From assembly GCA_046318155.1 (NCBI GenBank), contig JBKCUU010000014.1, forward strand, positions 1 through 40,017: 40,017 bases of DNA, in the 5' to 3' direction. Positions 1-7,492 of this stretch are shown in pieces. Source of the DNA: Bdellovibrio sp. (lineage in GTDB: Bacteria > Bdellovibrionota > Bdellovibrionia > Bdellovibrionales > Bdellovibrionaceae). The notes under the pieces were generated by a model that was given only the letters and a program-made list of their open reading frames with translations, made no database searches and was not told the DNA's origin. Both the position numbers and the translations under genes were made by a program. Every line of letters begins with the position of its first letter. Within the stretch, counting starts at the first letter, position 1.

Positions 1-58
1 TCTTTGCCCACTGATTGAAAAAATGTAGGTTTTTAGTTTTTCAAGCTACCCGAAACTC

Positions 59-364
59 TTGACACGCAGTTCTAAACGACTAAAGCTGACCGCAGTCGAC
101 GAGAAGTTTAGAAAAGAAACGCTAAAAGATATTCCTCTCGATCAAATTGATCCGTTTCTTGATGAACGCCTTCGTAGATTAAAAGAGATGGGAAAAATAG
201 ACCCGAATGTTGATCTCAACGAAGTCCAACATGTACTTGGGTTTCAGTTCTTCGCCACTGTTTTTTTATCCAACATGATCTTAGCCTTTGATGAGAAGCG
301 GACCCTTGAGCTGCTCACCCATTTTGTAGAGACCTATTCACGAGGGCTAAAGTGCGATCCATAA
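59..364 (+). CDS. hypothetical protein (inside the island; start uncertain)
   Basis: 101-aa ORF with a TTG start and an in-frame TAG at 26-28 upstream. Helical-looking, no motif recognised. Confidence 0.4.
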   Translation: MTRSSKRLKLTAVDEKFRKETLKDIPLDQIDPFLDERLRRLKEMGKIDPNVDLNEVQHVLGFQFFATVFLSNMILAFDEKRTLELLTHFVETYSRGLKCDP

Positions 365-488
365 TCAATTGAAACAGCATGAAGAGGACTAACTTACTAA
401 TACCCCAAGCGGAAAACTCCATATTGACTCGTCAGGCCATGTCTTACTTTGTGTTTACTTGTCTTTCATTGGCATCAATTATCCCTTC

Positions 489-728
489 ATGGCGAATGCA
501 GGCACCTATCAAGTTGAACCCTGGCTCTCAGTCGAAGAGATTGCGAAGCATCTTGGCGTATCCAAGGAGTCTATTTATCGTTGGCTTGAGAGGAAAACGA
601 TCCCAGCTCATCGCGTGGGCAAACTTTGGAAATTTAAGGCTTCCGAGGTCGACCAATGGGTTATGAGCGGTGGGGCCTCAGGCACGTCCGAGGAAGATCC
701 TCGTTCGCTCGGTGAGGAAGCTCAATGA
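489..728 (+). CDS. excisionase-family (HTH_17/Xis-like) DNA-binding protein
   Basis: WLSVEEIAKHLGVSKESIYRWLERKTIPAHRVGKLWKFKASEVDQWV is the classic excisionase-family HTH. ATG at 489 preferred over TTG at 459. Confidence 0.9.
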   Translation: MANAGTYQVEPWLSVEEIAKHLGVSKESIYRWLERKTIPAHRVGKLWKFKASEVDQWVMSGGASGTSEEDPRSLGEEAQ

Positions 729-910
729 GTGGCGACCCAAAACGCTTATACAATACTCCTCCGAGAGAAACAGGCGGTTCGCTGGCTGGTGATCGTTTAG
801 ATTATCAATATCAGCGGGCGGCGGAAGCGTGTCTTACGCTTCTTGAAGATAGCGATTCTTGTTGTGTTCTCTTGGAATGGCACGACGATTTCGTTAACGA
901 AAAACAGACC
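725..910 (+). pseudogene. truncated dsDNA nuclease, Cap4/DUF4297-like N-terminal fragment
   Basis: PRETGGS...RLDYQ...EWHDDF resembles the start of DUF4297/Cap4 PD-(D/E)xK domains. The expected QxK motif never follows, and the frame runs into non-coding-looking DNA to a stop at 1069. ATGA overlap with the HTH gene. Confidence 0.6.
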
Positions 911-1073
911 GGAAAGGGGTGGCCTTCTTTTAGGCCGCGTTCAGGCCATCTACCTATGAAAATAATGTTTTTGAGTTGTCTTTGGCTGCTAAAGCCAGAA
1001 AAGAAAAAGGCCTCTTTTTTGGTTCCTCTCCCGTTCGGGATGAGGAGGTCAAAAAGTGGCCTTTTATAGTAAA

Positions 1074-1150
1074 TGGTCGGAGAGACAGGATTTGAACCTG
1101 CGACCCCCTGCGCCCAAGGCAGGTGCGCTACCAAACTGCGCTACTCTCCG
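1074..1150 (-). tRNA. tRNA-Pro (anticodon TGG)
   Basis: Reverse complement CGGAGAGTAGCGCAGTTTGGTAGCGCACCTGCCTTGGGCGCAGGGGGTCGCAGGTTCAAATCCTGTCTCTCCGACCA: 77-nt cloverleaf, anticodon loop CT-TGG-GC, TTCAAAT T-loop, encoded CCA. Confidence 0.98.
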
Positions 1151-1162
1151 ACCGAGCCAACG

Positions 1163-1191
1163 AACATAGGTGCTGCGGCATCTCTTGTCAA
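1163..1191 (-). promoter_or_regulatory. sigma70 promoter of tRNA-Pro
   Basis: Minus strand TTGACA-17 nt-TATGTT, ending 12 nt before the tRNA 5' end. Confidence 0.75.
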
Positions 1192-1222
1192 ATTGGAGTA
1201 ATCGGAGTCCCATTAAAAACCT

Positions 1223-1885
1223 ATGATCGGCGGATTTCCGAAAGCCTTTGTTGTTGCACTCATTTTGATTGGTGGAGTCATCGGTCTGTTCGTCTTTACG
1301 CCGCCCCACAGGCAGTGCCAGTCACAGATCGAAATGCTCCAGCAGCTGCAGAAGGGGAAAGTTTTCCCCTCGCAGGGGAAGGTCTTGGCGCGCAGCCCCC
1401 TCGTGATGCAGGAGATCGAAAACTGCAAAATGGGGAATAGCCCTGGAGCCTGCTTTGAACTGTTCTCGACGTTGCGAAAGCTGACCCGTGATCTCTACAC
1501 CCTCCCGCTCGATTGTGCCGCAGACATCCAAGGCTTGGCTGAAATCCGAGGCCCACTTCGTCAAGGCATCTTGCTTCTGGCTCAAATCTCTTGGGGAGAG
1601 GGTTTGCCCGATAAAGCGGTGGGGAGCATCCGCCAGGGTTGGCTGGAGTCCTCCGATATTGCACTCTTTTGTGGGCTTAAAGATATGTACACCCGAATTT
1701 ATGGCAAAGAAGACTTCGAGCAGTTTCGGCTCGAGATTTTTGCCAAACTACCGGGTGAAGAAGCGGTGATGGACGCGGGCGTTTGTAAAAACTGTGAGTT
1801 TCGTAAGACCGCCCTCCAGGTCTTGCCCGCCGAGGAGGTCTGGGCCCGCAGCATTTTCTCAGCCCGCTGTGAGCTTTACCGTTAG
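1223..1885 (+). CDS. membrane-anchored Cys-rich hypothetical protein
   Basis: 220 aa, N-terminal hydrophobic helix, 8 cysteines in the soluble part. Confidence 0.8.
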   Translation: MIGGFPKAFVVALILIGGVIGLFVFTPPHRQCQSQIEMLQQLQKGKVFPSQGKVLARSPLVMQEIENCKMGNSPGACFELFSTLRKLTRDLYTLPLDCAADIQGLAEIRGPLRQGILLLAQISWGEGLPDKAVGSIRQGWLESSDIALFCGLKDMYTRIYGKEDFEQFRLEIFAKLPGEEAVMDAGVCKNCEFRKTALQVLPAEEVWARSIFSARCELYR

Positions 1886-1934
1886 GTTCTTAGCCCCTTG
1901 TGAGCAGGGGCTCATCGAATGATTGCTGGAAGAA

Positions 1935-2153
1935 TCAAAGGCTGAAGAGTTCAACCTTCACCCAGTAACCAAGTCCATTGCATCTTCCGAGAAACTGAAA
2001 ATGTGCGTCTTGCCGGTGAACAATTTGAAACAGGGTTTTTGAAACTTGCACGAGGGCCCATTCGACGGGGTTGAGCCCGAATTGGGTGAGGCCCGTCATG
2101 AGTTGATCCTGGATCAGAGTTGAAGATTGGTTCGCCTTTTGATTTGTCGACAT
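1935..2153 (-). CDS. small hypothetical protein
   Basis: GGAGGA Shine-Dalgarno ahead of the ATG at 2153 (MSTNQK...), 72 aa. Confidence 0.65.
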   Translation of the reverse strand: MSTNQKANQSSTLIQDQLMTGLTQFGLNPVEWALVQVSKTLFQIVHRQDAHFQFLGRCNGLGYWVKVELFSL

Positions 2154-2302
2154 GTGTGTATCCTCCATGCCGAGCCGCTATCGCAATCCGTGAGCCGTCC
2201 ACCAGGAGGCGGAACTCGAATTTACATGGTGCTCAGGTCTCTAGAAGCGGTGGTCCGTCCAAAATCTTGGACAGGCCGTCCCGAATCCCGGATGATACGC
2301 CT

Positions 2303-2716
2303 ATGCTGACAAATTCAATTTATCGATATCGGTTTTTTCTGGGGCTCGAGTTGGTCGTCGTCGTGGCGGTGATCATGATCTTTAAAGTCATCGAGGACCG
2401 CGCCCTGGCCGGCACAATCGCCGGCATGACATTTTTAATTTCGACCGCCCTTGTTCTGGTCTTGGAGTGGATTCACGTGAAGCGACTGACCTGGACGATT
2501 GCGGGCGGCGCGATCTTTATGGCCTTGTCGGTTTTGCCCATTTTGATCATCCGATCTGCGACATGGGGCACCCCGTTTGATCAGGCTGAGTTCCTGGGCA
2601 TCCGCGGAGCTTGGCTCCACAAAATCTCGAACTATGTCTTTCTCTTGTTTTTGGTCGGGATCTTTATCTCGCTTCAAAAAGAGCGGATTCGTCTTTTAAG
2701 GAGACAGCAACACTAG
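2303..2716 (+). CDS. integral membrane protein (about 4 TM)
   Basis: Four hydrophobic segments from MLTNSIYRY. The upstream extension in the ORF track overlaps the opposite-strand gene and looks non-coding. Confidence 0.75.
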   Translation: MLTNSIYRYRFFLGLELVVVVAVIMIFKVIEDRALAGTIAGMTFLISTALVLVLEWIHVKRLTWTIAGGAIFMALSVLPILIIRSATWGTPFDQAEFLGIRGAWLHKISNYVFLLFLVGIFISLQKERIRLLRRQQH

Positions 2717-2730
2717 GGCGTGTCCTGCCC

Positions 2731-2768
2731 AAAACAAAAAGGCCCTTCGTTTTCGAAGAGCCTTGTTG
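2731..2768 (-). terminator. intrinsic terminator after rpsR (possibly bidirectional)
   Basis: Minus strand AAGGCTCTTCG-AAAA-CGAAGGGCCTT followed by TTTGTTTT. Confidence 0.8.
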
Positions 2769-2802
2769 ATGTTATAGAGATGTTTCTCAGTTCAGTCTAA
2801 GC

Positions 2803-3072
2803 TTAGGCTTCGAAGGGGACTGGAGAGATGGGCTCAGCACGGTGAAAGTGATCGTAAGAGTCTGTTCCGTTGGGAAGCAGAGCCAAAGCCCGAGACTTTT
2901 TAACCGCTGATGCGACTGCTTTTTGTTGAGCAATCGAAAGTTTTGAAATGCGGGCAGGCGTAATTTTGCCGCCGTCACTGACGAAACGAGTAAGGCTCAC
3001 AGGGTCCTTGTAATCAAAAACGTGGTCGCCCGAGAATTCCTGGCGGTACTTGCTGCGCGATACTTTTTTCAT
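2803..3072 (-). CDS. rpsR: 30S ribosomal protein bS18 (Cys-free, divergent)
   Basis: FDYKDPVSLTRFVSDGGKITPARIS...QQKAVASAVKKSRALALLP matches the S18 pattern DYKD...GKI.P.R...AIK.AR..ALLP. Confidence 0.93.
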   Translation of the reverse strand: MKKVSRSKYRQEFSGDHVFDYKDPVSLTRFVSDGGKITPARISKLSIAQQKAVASAVKKSRALALLPNGTDSYDHFHRAEPISPVPFEA

Positions 3073-3163
3073 CTCTTCCTCACTTCAGTTCAAATCGAAA
3101 GCATTAACTGCATGGAGCCCAATGGGCAATAAAAACAGGAGATTCGTATACGACAAAATGTGG

Positions 3164-3192
3164 TTGCCAACAAGCATCTTTTTCCCTATAAA
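3164..3192 (+). promoter_or_regulatory. sigma70 promoter for rpmB-rplX
   Basis: TTGCCA-17 nt-TATAAA, implying a leader of about 120 nt. Confidence 0.7.
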
Positions 3193-3211
3193 CGCAAGTT
3201 CTTGCAAAGCA

Positions 3212-3281
3212 GGGTCGGATATTGCCGCCCCCAAAGTCTCCCGGGTGTTGAATCTGCGGGCGCTCGGGGTTAAGCAGATCT
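3212..3281 (+). promoter_or_regulatory. structured 5' leader (hairpin plus putative pseudoknot)
   Basis: Stem 3239-3249/3259-3269 with G-U pairs. Its loop ATCTGC (3252-3257) is complementary to GCAGAT (3274-3279). Confidence 0.45.
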
Positions 3282-3318
3282 AAGTAACTGAAATGACTTT
3301 AAAAAGTTCGGAGGCGCC

Positions 3319-3609
3319 ATGGGTCGCTGTGAGTTAACGGGTAAGGGACCAGTCGTAAAAAATCTGGTGAGCCATTCCAATATCAAAACAAAATCAACGG
3401 CTCAGCCTAACGTTCAGAGAAAGCGGATCTTTAGCCGTACTCTGAACGAAATGGTTCGCTTGTACGTTGCAACAAGCACAATCCGCGACATGGAACATGT
3501 TGGTGGTTTGGACTCATTTATCATGCATCAAGAAGACAAAGCGATGTCTCCTCGTGCAACTGAAATTCGTAACCGCATTCGCCGCAAATTGCGCGCGACG
3601 AAAGCTTGA
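3319..3609 (+). CDS. rpmB: 50S ribosomal protein bL28
   Basis: MGRCELTGK...NLVSHSNIKTK...PNVQ; GGAGG Shine-Dalgarno. Confidence 0.95.
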   Translation: MGRCELTGKGPVVKNLVSHSNIKTKSTAQPNVQRKRIFSRTLNEMVRLYVATSTIRDMEHVGGLDSFIMHQEDKAMSPRATEIRNRIRRKLRATKA

Positions 3610-3617
3610 GGCTAGCC

Positions 3618-3890
3618 ATGACAACGAAATTAAAAATCTGCAAAGGCGACACCGTCCAAGTGACCTCGGGTGCTGATAAGGGCAAAAAAGGCAAAGTGAT
3701 CGAAGTGTCTCCCACACGCATGCAAATCAAAGTTGAAGGCGTGAAAGTGATGACTCATTTCGATAAAAAAGACGGACAAAAAAAACTCGAAGGCTTTTTC
3801 GACTACTCCAATGTGAAATTGGTTGAGAAAAAAGCTGGCGAGACAAAAAAGAAAGCGGCAAAGAAAAAAAACGCTTCAAAAAACGCCTAA
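3618..3890 (+). CDS. rplX: 50S ribosomal protein uL24 (short, divergent)
   Basis: KICKGDTVQVTSGADKGKKGKV KOW motif, VEG and SNV landmarks; GAGG upstream of the ATG at 3618. Confidence 0.85.
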   Translation: MTTKLKICKGDTVQVTSGADKGKKGKVIEVSPTRMQIKVEGVKVMTHFDKKDGQKKLEGFFDYSNVKLVEKKAGETKKKAAKKKNASKNA

Positions 3891-3911
3891 ACTACTTTGA
3901 TAGAACTTAAG

Positions 3912-3951
3912 ATAAGAACCCACATCAGCAACTCTGTGGGTTCTTATTTTT
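3912..3951 (+). terminator. intrinsic terminator after rplX
   Basis: ATAAGAACCCACA-loop-TGTGGGTTCTTAT followed by TTTT. Confidence 0.85.
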
Positions 3952-4100
3952 ATCACCCAGCAACCCTGACACACCATTGCAGGACTCAGGTCTAGATTTA
4001 CTTCTGAAATCCTGGAACGACGCTCCTTGCCCCACTTTTTACTCACTTTTGTCTCAATTTGATGGCCAAAAGCTCCGATACCAAGCATGAAGGAGTCTGT

Positions 4101-4439
4101 ATGAAGGCCATCGTTTTGACTTTCAGTTTATTGCTCTATTCAGGTGTGGGTGTTTCTCAGGAAAACGCAGCAACATCGGAGGCTTCGCCGTCTGCGGCGG
4201 TAAAAAGCGGTTATGTGATTTGTCGCAATGTTAAAGTGGTTCGTACGATCCGAGTCGATACATCGGGTGAGAAATGCAAGGCGATCTACAGCAAAGAGGG
4301 CAAAGAAGAAATCGTCGCAAAGTCGGGGACTGACGAAAAATGCTTCGAGGTCGCCCATCAAATCCGGACCAACCTTGAGAAGAGCGTCTGGAAATGTAAA
4401 GATGTGGAAGCAGACCGCGTTTCTTTTACCCTCGAGTAA
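4101..4439 (+). CDS. secreted hypothetical protein with 4 Cys
   Basis: AAGGAG Shine-Dalgarno, signal peptide MKAIVLTFSLLLYSGVGVS, four cysteines. Confidence 0.8.
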   Translation: MKAIVLTFSLLLYSGVGVSQENAATSEASPSAAVKSGYVICRNVKVVRTIRVDTSGEKCKAIYSKEGKEEIVAKSGTDEKCFEVAHQIRTNLEKSVWKCKDVEADRVSFTLE

Positions 4440-4470
4440 GTAAGGGAAGCGCCCATTCGGGGAGCTTCAC

Positions 4471-5304
4471 ATGGACTCTCAACTTCGAGTCATCGTTTTA
4501 CAGCTTAAATCCGTTGATCACGTACAAAAAAATGTCGATCTGGTTCAAACTTTGCTCGATCCCCTTGCGCGCGAAGAAAAAACGGCGCTGGTCTGCTTAC
4601 CCGAAAACGCGCTTTACATGCGGCTCAAAGAAGGCGAGCGCATCGGTGGACTGGATTTGCACGATGAGTGTTTTCGCCAGCTTGCACTGACGGCCAAAGA
4701 AAAAAACTTCGCGATTCACGTGGGTTCTGTCCCCTTGAAGTGGCAGGGTCGATTAGCCAATAGCTCAGTGATGGTTCTTCCCGACGGAAGGGTTTCGGCC
4801 TCCTATCAAAAAATTCATCTCTTTGATATCGAACTCGAAGGGCAAAAACCTGTTCGTGAGTCTGACGTGTTTTTTCATGGCGACACGCCTTCGGTTTTGG
4901 ATCTTAATGGCTGGAAGCTGGGGCAATCAATTTGCTACGACTTGCGATTTTCGGAGTTGTATTTGAGCTATGCTCAACAGGGCGTCGATCTGATTTTGGT
5001 TCCATCGGCCTTTTTAAAAAAGACGGGGGAAGCGCACTGGCATGTTCTTTTGCGAGCTCGGGCGATCGAAAGTCAGTGCTACATCATTGCGGCGGCCCAG
5101 GCTGGTACTCACAAATCGGAATCCGGCACGCGCGAAACTTACGGACATTCATTGGTCATCGATCCTTGGGGGCGCATTATTGCGGAGGCTTCAGCAGATT
5201 GCCCCGAGTGCCTGATCCTGTCGTTAGACAAGTCAGGAATTGCCAAAGTTCGCTCTCAAATCCCCATGAAAATGCACCGCCGATTGCAAAAAACCAACGC
5301 GTGA
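4471..5304 (+). CDS. carbon-nitrogen hydrolase (Nit1/YbeM-like amidase)
   Basis: Catalytic E-K-C motifs LPEN, YQKIHLFD, ICYDLRF; HWHVLLRARAIE; TYGHSLVIDPWG. Confidence 0.95.
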   Translation: MDSQLRVIVLQLKSVDHVQKNVDLVQTLLDPLAREEKTALVCLPENALYMRLKEGERIGGLDLHDECFRQLALTAKEKNFAIHVGSVPLKWQGRLANSSVMVLPDGRVSASYQKIHLFDIELEGQKPVRESDVFFHGDTPSVLDLNGWKLGQSICYDLRFSELYLSYAQQGVDLILVPSAFLKKTGEAHWHVLLRARAIESQCYIIAAAQAGTHKSESGTRETYGHSLVIDPWGRIIAEASADCPECLILSLDKSGIAKVRSQIPMKMHRRLQKTNA

Positions 5305-5386
5305 CATTTCTTTGGTTTTGAATTGTTATCAATCTGTTTTCAACTGGGATTTTGGCTCGCTTGGGGGCCTCGGTGGAGGAGCAGTC

Positions 5387-5644
5387 ATGGTTAAGCTTCT
5401 ATTTGCATCTTTGATTTGTGTGCTGACTCTGCTGAGTTCTATTCAAGCAGGCGCGCAGGCAAACGCGAAGGAATCTGTTCCCACAAGTTCCGCCATTTCA
5501 CTTGAAGAGCGAGAAAAGGCAAAGAAGCGCCTTTATCCTGGCGGACGGGACGAGGAGCCATTGCAGGTCCAAGCCCAGTTGGCAAATCCGGTGCGAGGTG
5601 GACAAGAGGCAGAGCCTGAGGAAGTGCAAACGGATCACGACTGA
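5387..5644 (+). CDS. small secreted hypothetical protein
   Basis: GGAGGA Shine-Dalgarno, signal peptide ending AGA-Q, KRLYPGGRDEE segment. Confidence 0.75.
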   Translation: MVKLLFASLICVLTLLSSIQAGAQANAKESVPTSSAISLEEREKAKKRLYPGGRDEEPLQVQAQLANPVRGGQEAEPEEVQTDHD

Positions 5645-5749
5645 TCTTGCCGCGTTAGTAGCTGCGCTGAAGGACGTTCTTGCCAAAAGAGTTTGGAAGA
5701 GGAAGTTAAGTCCATATAATTTGATTCACTTGAATTGGAGAGTTGAGCG

Positions 5750-7483
5750 ATGGTTTTTGATTCTTTGCCCGAGGGTGTAACGCGAGAAACGATGGATGTG
5801 GACGTCTTGATCGTGGGCGGGGGGTCGGCGGGTCTATCTGCGGCCTATCGTTTGGCGGCCTTGATTGAAAAACATAACCAAGCGATTTCGAGCGGTGCAT
5901 CGCCGGGGGGGACTGCCATCCCGGATCAGATGATCGTTGTTCTCGAAAAAGGAATGGAAGTCGGATCCCACAGCCTGTCGGGGGCGGTTCTGAATCCATG
6001 TGCTCTGCAGGAGCTGATGCCTGACTACAAAGAGCAAGGCTGCCCGATCGAGAGCGACGTGACTTACGATGCCGTTCATTATTTGACCGAGACGGGCTCG
6101 TTTAAAATTCCGATCACGCCGCCGCCCTTTCAAAATCACGGCAACAAAATCATTACGCTGTCTAAATTTAATCGTTGGCTTGGCAGCAAATGCGAAGAAA
6201 AAGGCATTAACATCTTTCCCGGTTTTGCTGCTGTTGAAGCCTTGTACCAGGGCAATAAGATTGTTGGCATTCGGACAGGTGACAAGGGCCGCGGCAAAGA
6301 CGGAAAGCCTAAAGCAAACTTTGAACCCGGCTTGATTTTAAAATCCAAGCTTGTAATTTTTGCTGAGGGAACGCGCGGTTCTTTGTTTCGCCAAGTGAGC
6401 AAAAAGCTAAACTTGCATGAAGGAAAAAACACGGAGACATTTGAAGAGGGTGTTAAAGAAATGATCCAGATGCCGCCAGGGACGGTCACGCCTGGCCAGG
6501 TCATCCACACGATGGGCTTTCCTTTAAGCAAATCGATTGGTGGAACATTTATCTACACGCTCCCCGGCGATAGGATTATTCTAGGCCTTGTGGCTTATCT
6601 CGATACTCGAGATCCCTTGCTCGATCCCCACCGAGAATTGCAAAGATTAAAAACACATCCCTTTATCGCCAACATGATTAAGGGCGGTCAGGTTGTGGCT
6701 TACGGCGGAAAAACGCTGCCTGCTGGCGGCTGGTTTTCAATGCCTAAGCTTTATGGAGATGGTTGGGTGGTTTGCGGTGATTCTGCCAGCATGGTGGATG
6801 TGCAAAAGCTAAAAGGGATTCACCTTTCGATGAAATCAGGTATGTGTGCGGCCGAGACCGCGCTGGAGTTGATTTTGTCGGGCGGGGAGGCCACCGCTGC
6901 CGCCACCCAAAGCTACGAAGCTAAAGTCCATTCAAGCGTGATCAAAAAGGACCTGTACCGGGTTCGAAACTTTCACCAGACCCTGAGCATGGGCTTGTTT
7001 AAGTCTCTACCTCTGATCGCGCTTCAAGAAATCACGGGCGGTCGCGGCCTGATCGACAACATGAAAAGCCACCAAGATGCCAAAACGACGGAGCCCGTTG
7101 TTGAGGTTTGGGGACCCGAGGGACTTGCGGCTCCGGCGAACCAGTTGCCGAAGCCCGATGGAGTGTTGTTTTTCGACAAGCTCTCAAGTGTTTACCTGAC
7201 CGGAACTACGCATGACGAGGATTCTCCGAATCATTTGCTCCTCCAGAATGGCGATATCTGCCGCACGGTCTGTGAGCCACAGTATAAGAGCCCCTGTGTG
7301 GTTTTTTGCCCCGCCGCCGTTTACGAAATGGTGCCGTCTAAGAAAGAGGCTGGGCAGAAGGATTTACACATCAACTACACGAACTGTATTCACTGTAAGA
7401 CCTGTGATATTAAGTGTCCGTTTGAGAATATCGATTGGACCGTTCCCGAAGGTGGGGGCGGGCCTCGCTACACCGACACTTGA
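5750..7483 (+). CDS. electron transfer flavoprotein-ubiquinone oxidoreductase
   Basis: DVLIVGGGSAGLSAA FAD motif, SHSLSGA, KGIHLSMKSG, C-terminal 4Fe-4S motifs CPAAVYE and NCIHCKTCDIKCP, PEGGGGPRY. Confidence 0.97.
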   Translation: MVFDSLPEGVTRETMDVDVLIVGGGSAGLSAAYRLAALIEKHNQAISSGASPGGTAIPDQMIVVLEKGMEVGSHSLSGAVLNPCALQELMPDYKEQGCPIESDVTYDAVHYLTETGSFKIPITPPPFQNHGNKIITLSKFNRWLGSKCEEKGINIFPGFAAVEALYQGNKIVGIRTGDKGRGKDGKPKANFEPGLILKSKLVIFAEGTRGSLFRQVSKKLNLHEGKNTETFEEGVKEMIQMPPGTVTPGQVIHTMGFPLSKSIGGTFIYTLPGDRIILGLVAYLDTRDPLLDPHRELQRLKTHPFIANMIKGGQVVAYGGKTLPAGGWFSMPKLYGDGWVVCGDSASMVDVQKLKGIHLSMKSGMCAAETALELILSGGEATAAATQSYEAKVHSSVIKKDLYRVRNFHQTLSMGLFKSLPLIALQEITGGRGLIDNMKSHQDAKTTEPVVEVWGPEGLAAPANQLPKPDGVLFFDKLSSVYLTGTTHDEDSPNHLLLQNGDICRTVCEPQYKSPCVVFCPAAVYEMVPSKKEAGQKDLHINYTNCIHCKTCDIKCPFENIDWTVPEGGGGPRYTDT

Positions 7484-7492
7484 AAAGGTTTT

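Larger units (their letters stand above)
1..1073. mobile_element. end of a genomic island or integrative element at tRNA-Pro
   Basis: Abuts the tRNA 3' CCA end, carries Xis-like and nuclease-like genes, and looks AT-richer than the rest. No integrase or second att site in the window. Confidence 0.6.

Noticed and set aside
379..666. 95-aa ORF overlapping the excisionase gene
   Set aside because: Alternative frame over a clearly recognisable HTH gene.
811..1440. ORFs spanning the tRNA (811-1134, 1064-1309, 1123-1440)
   Set aside because: These are translations of tRNA-Pro and flanking DNA.
3073..3318. Zur box controlling the Cys-poor S18/L28 genes
   Set aside because: No convincing AT-rich Fur/Zur-type palindrome is visible, so Zn regulation is unsupported.
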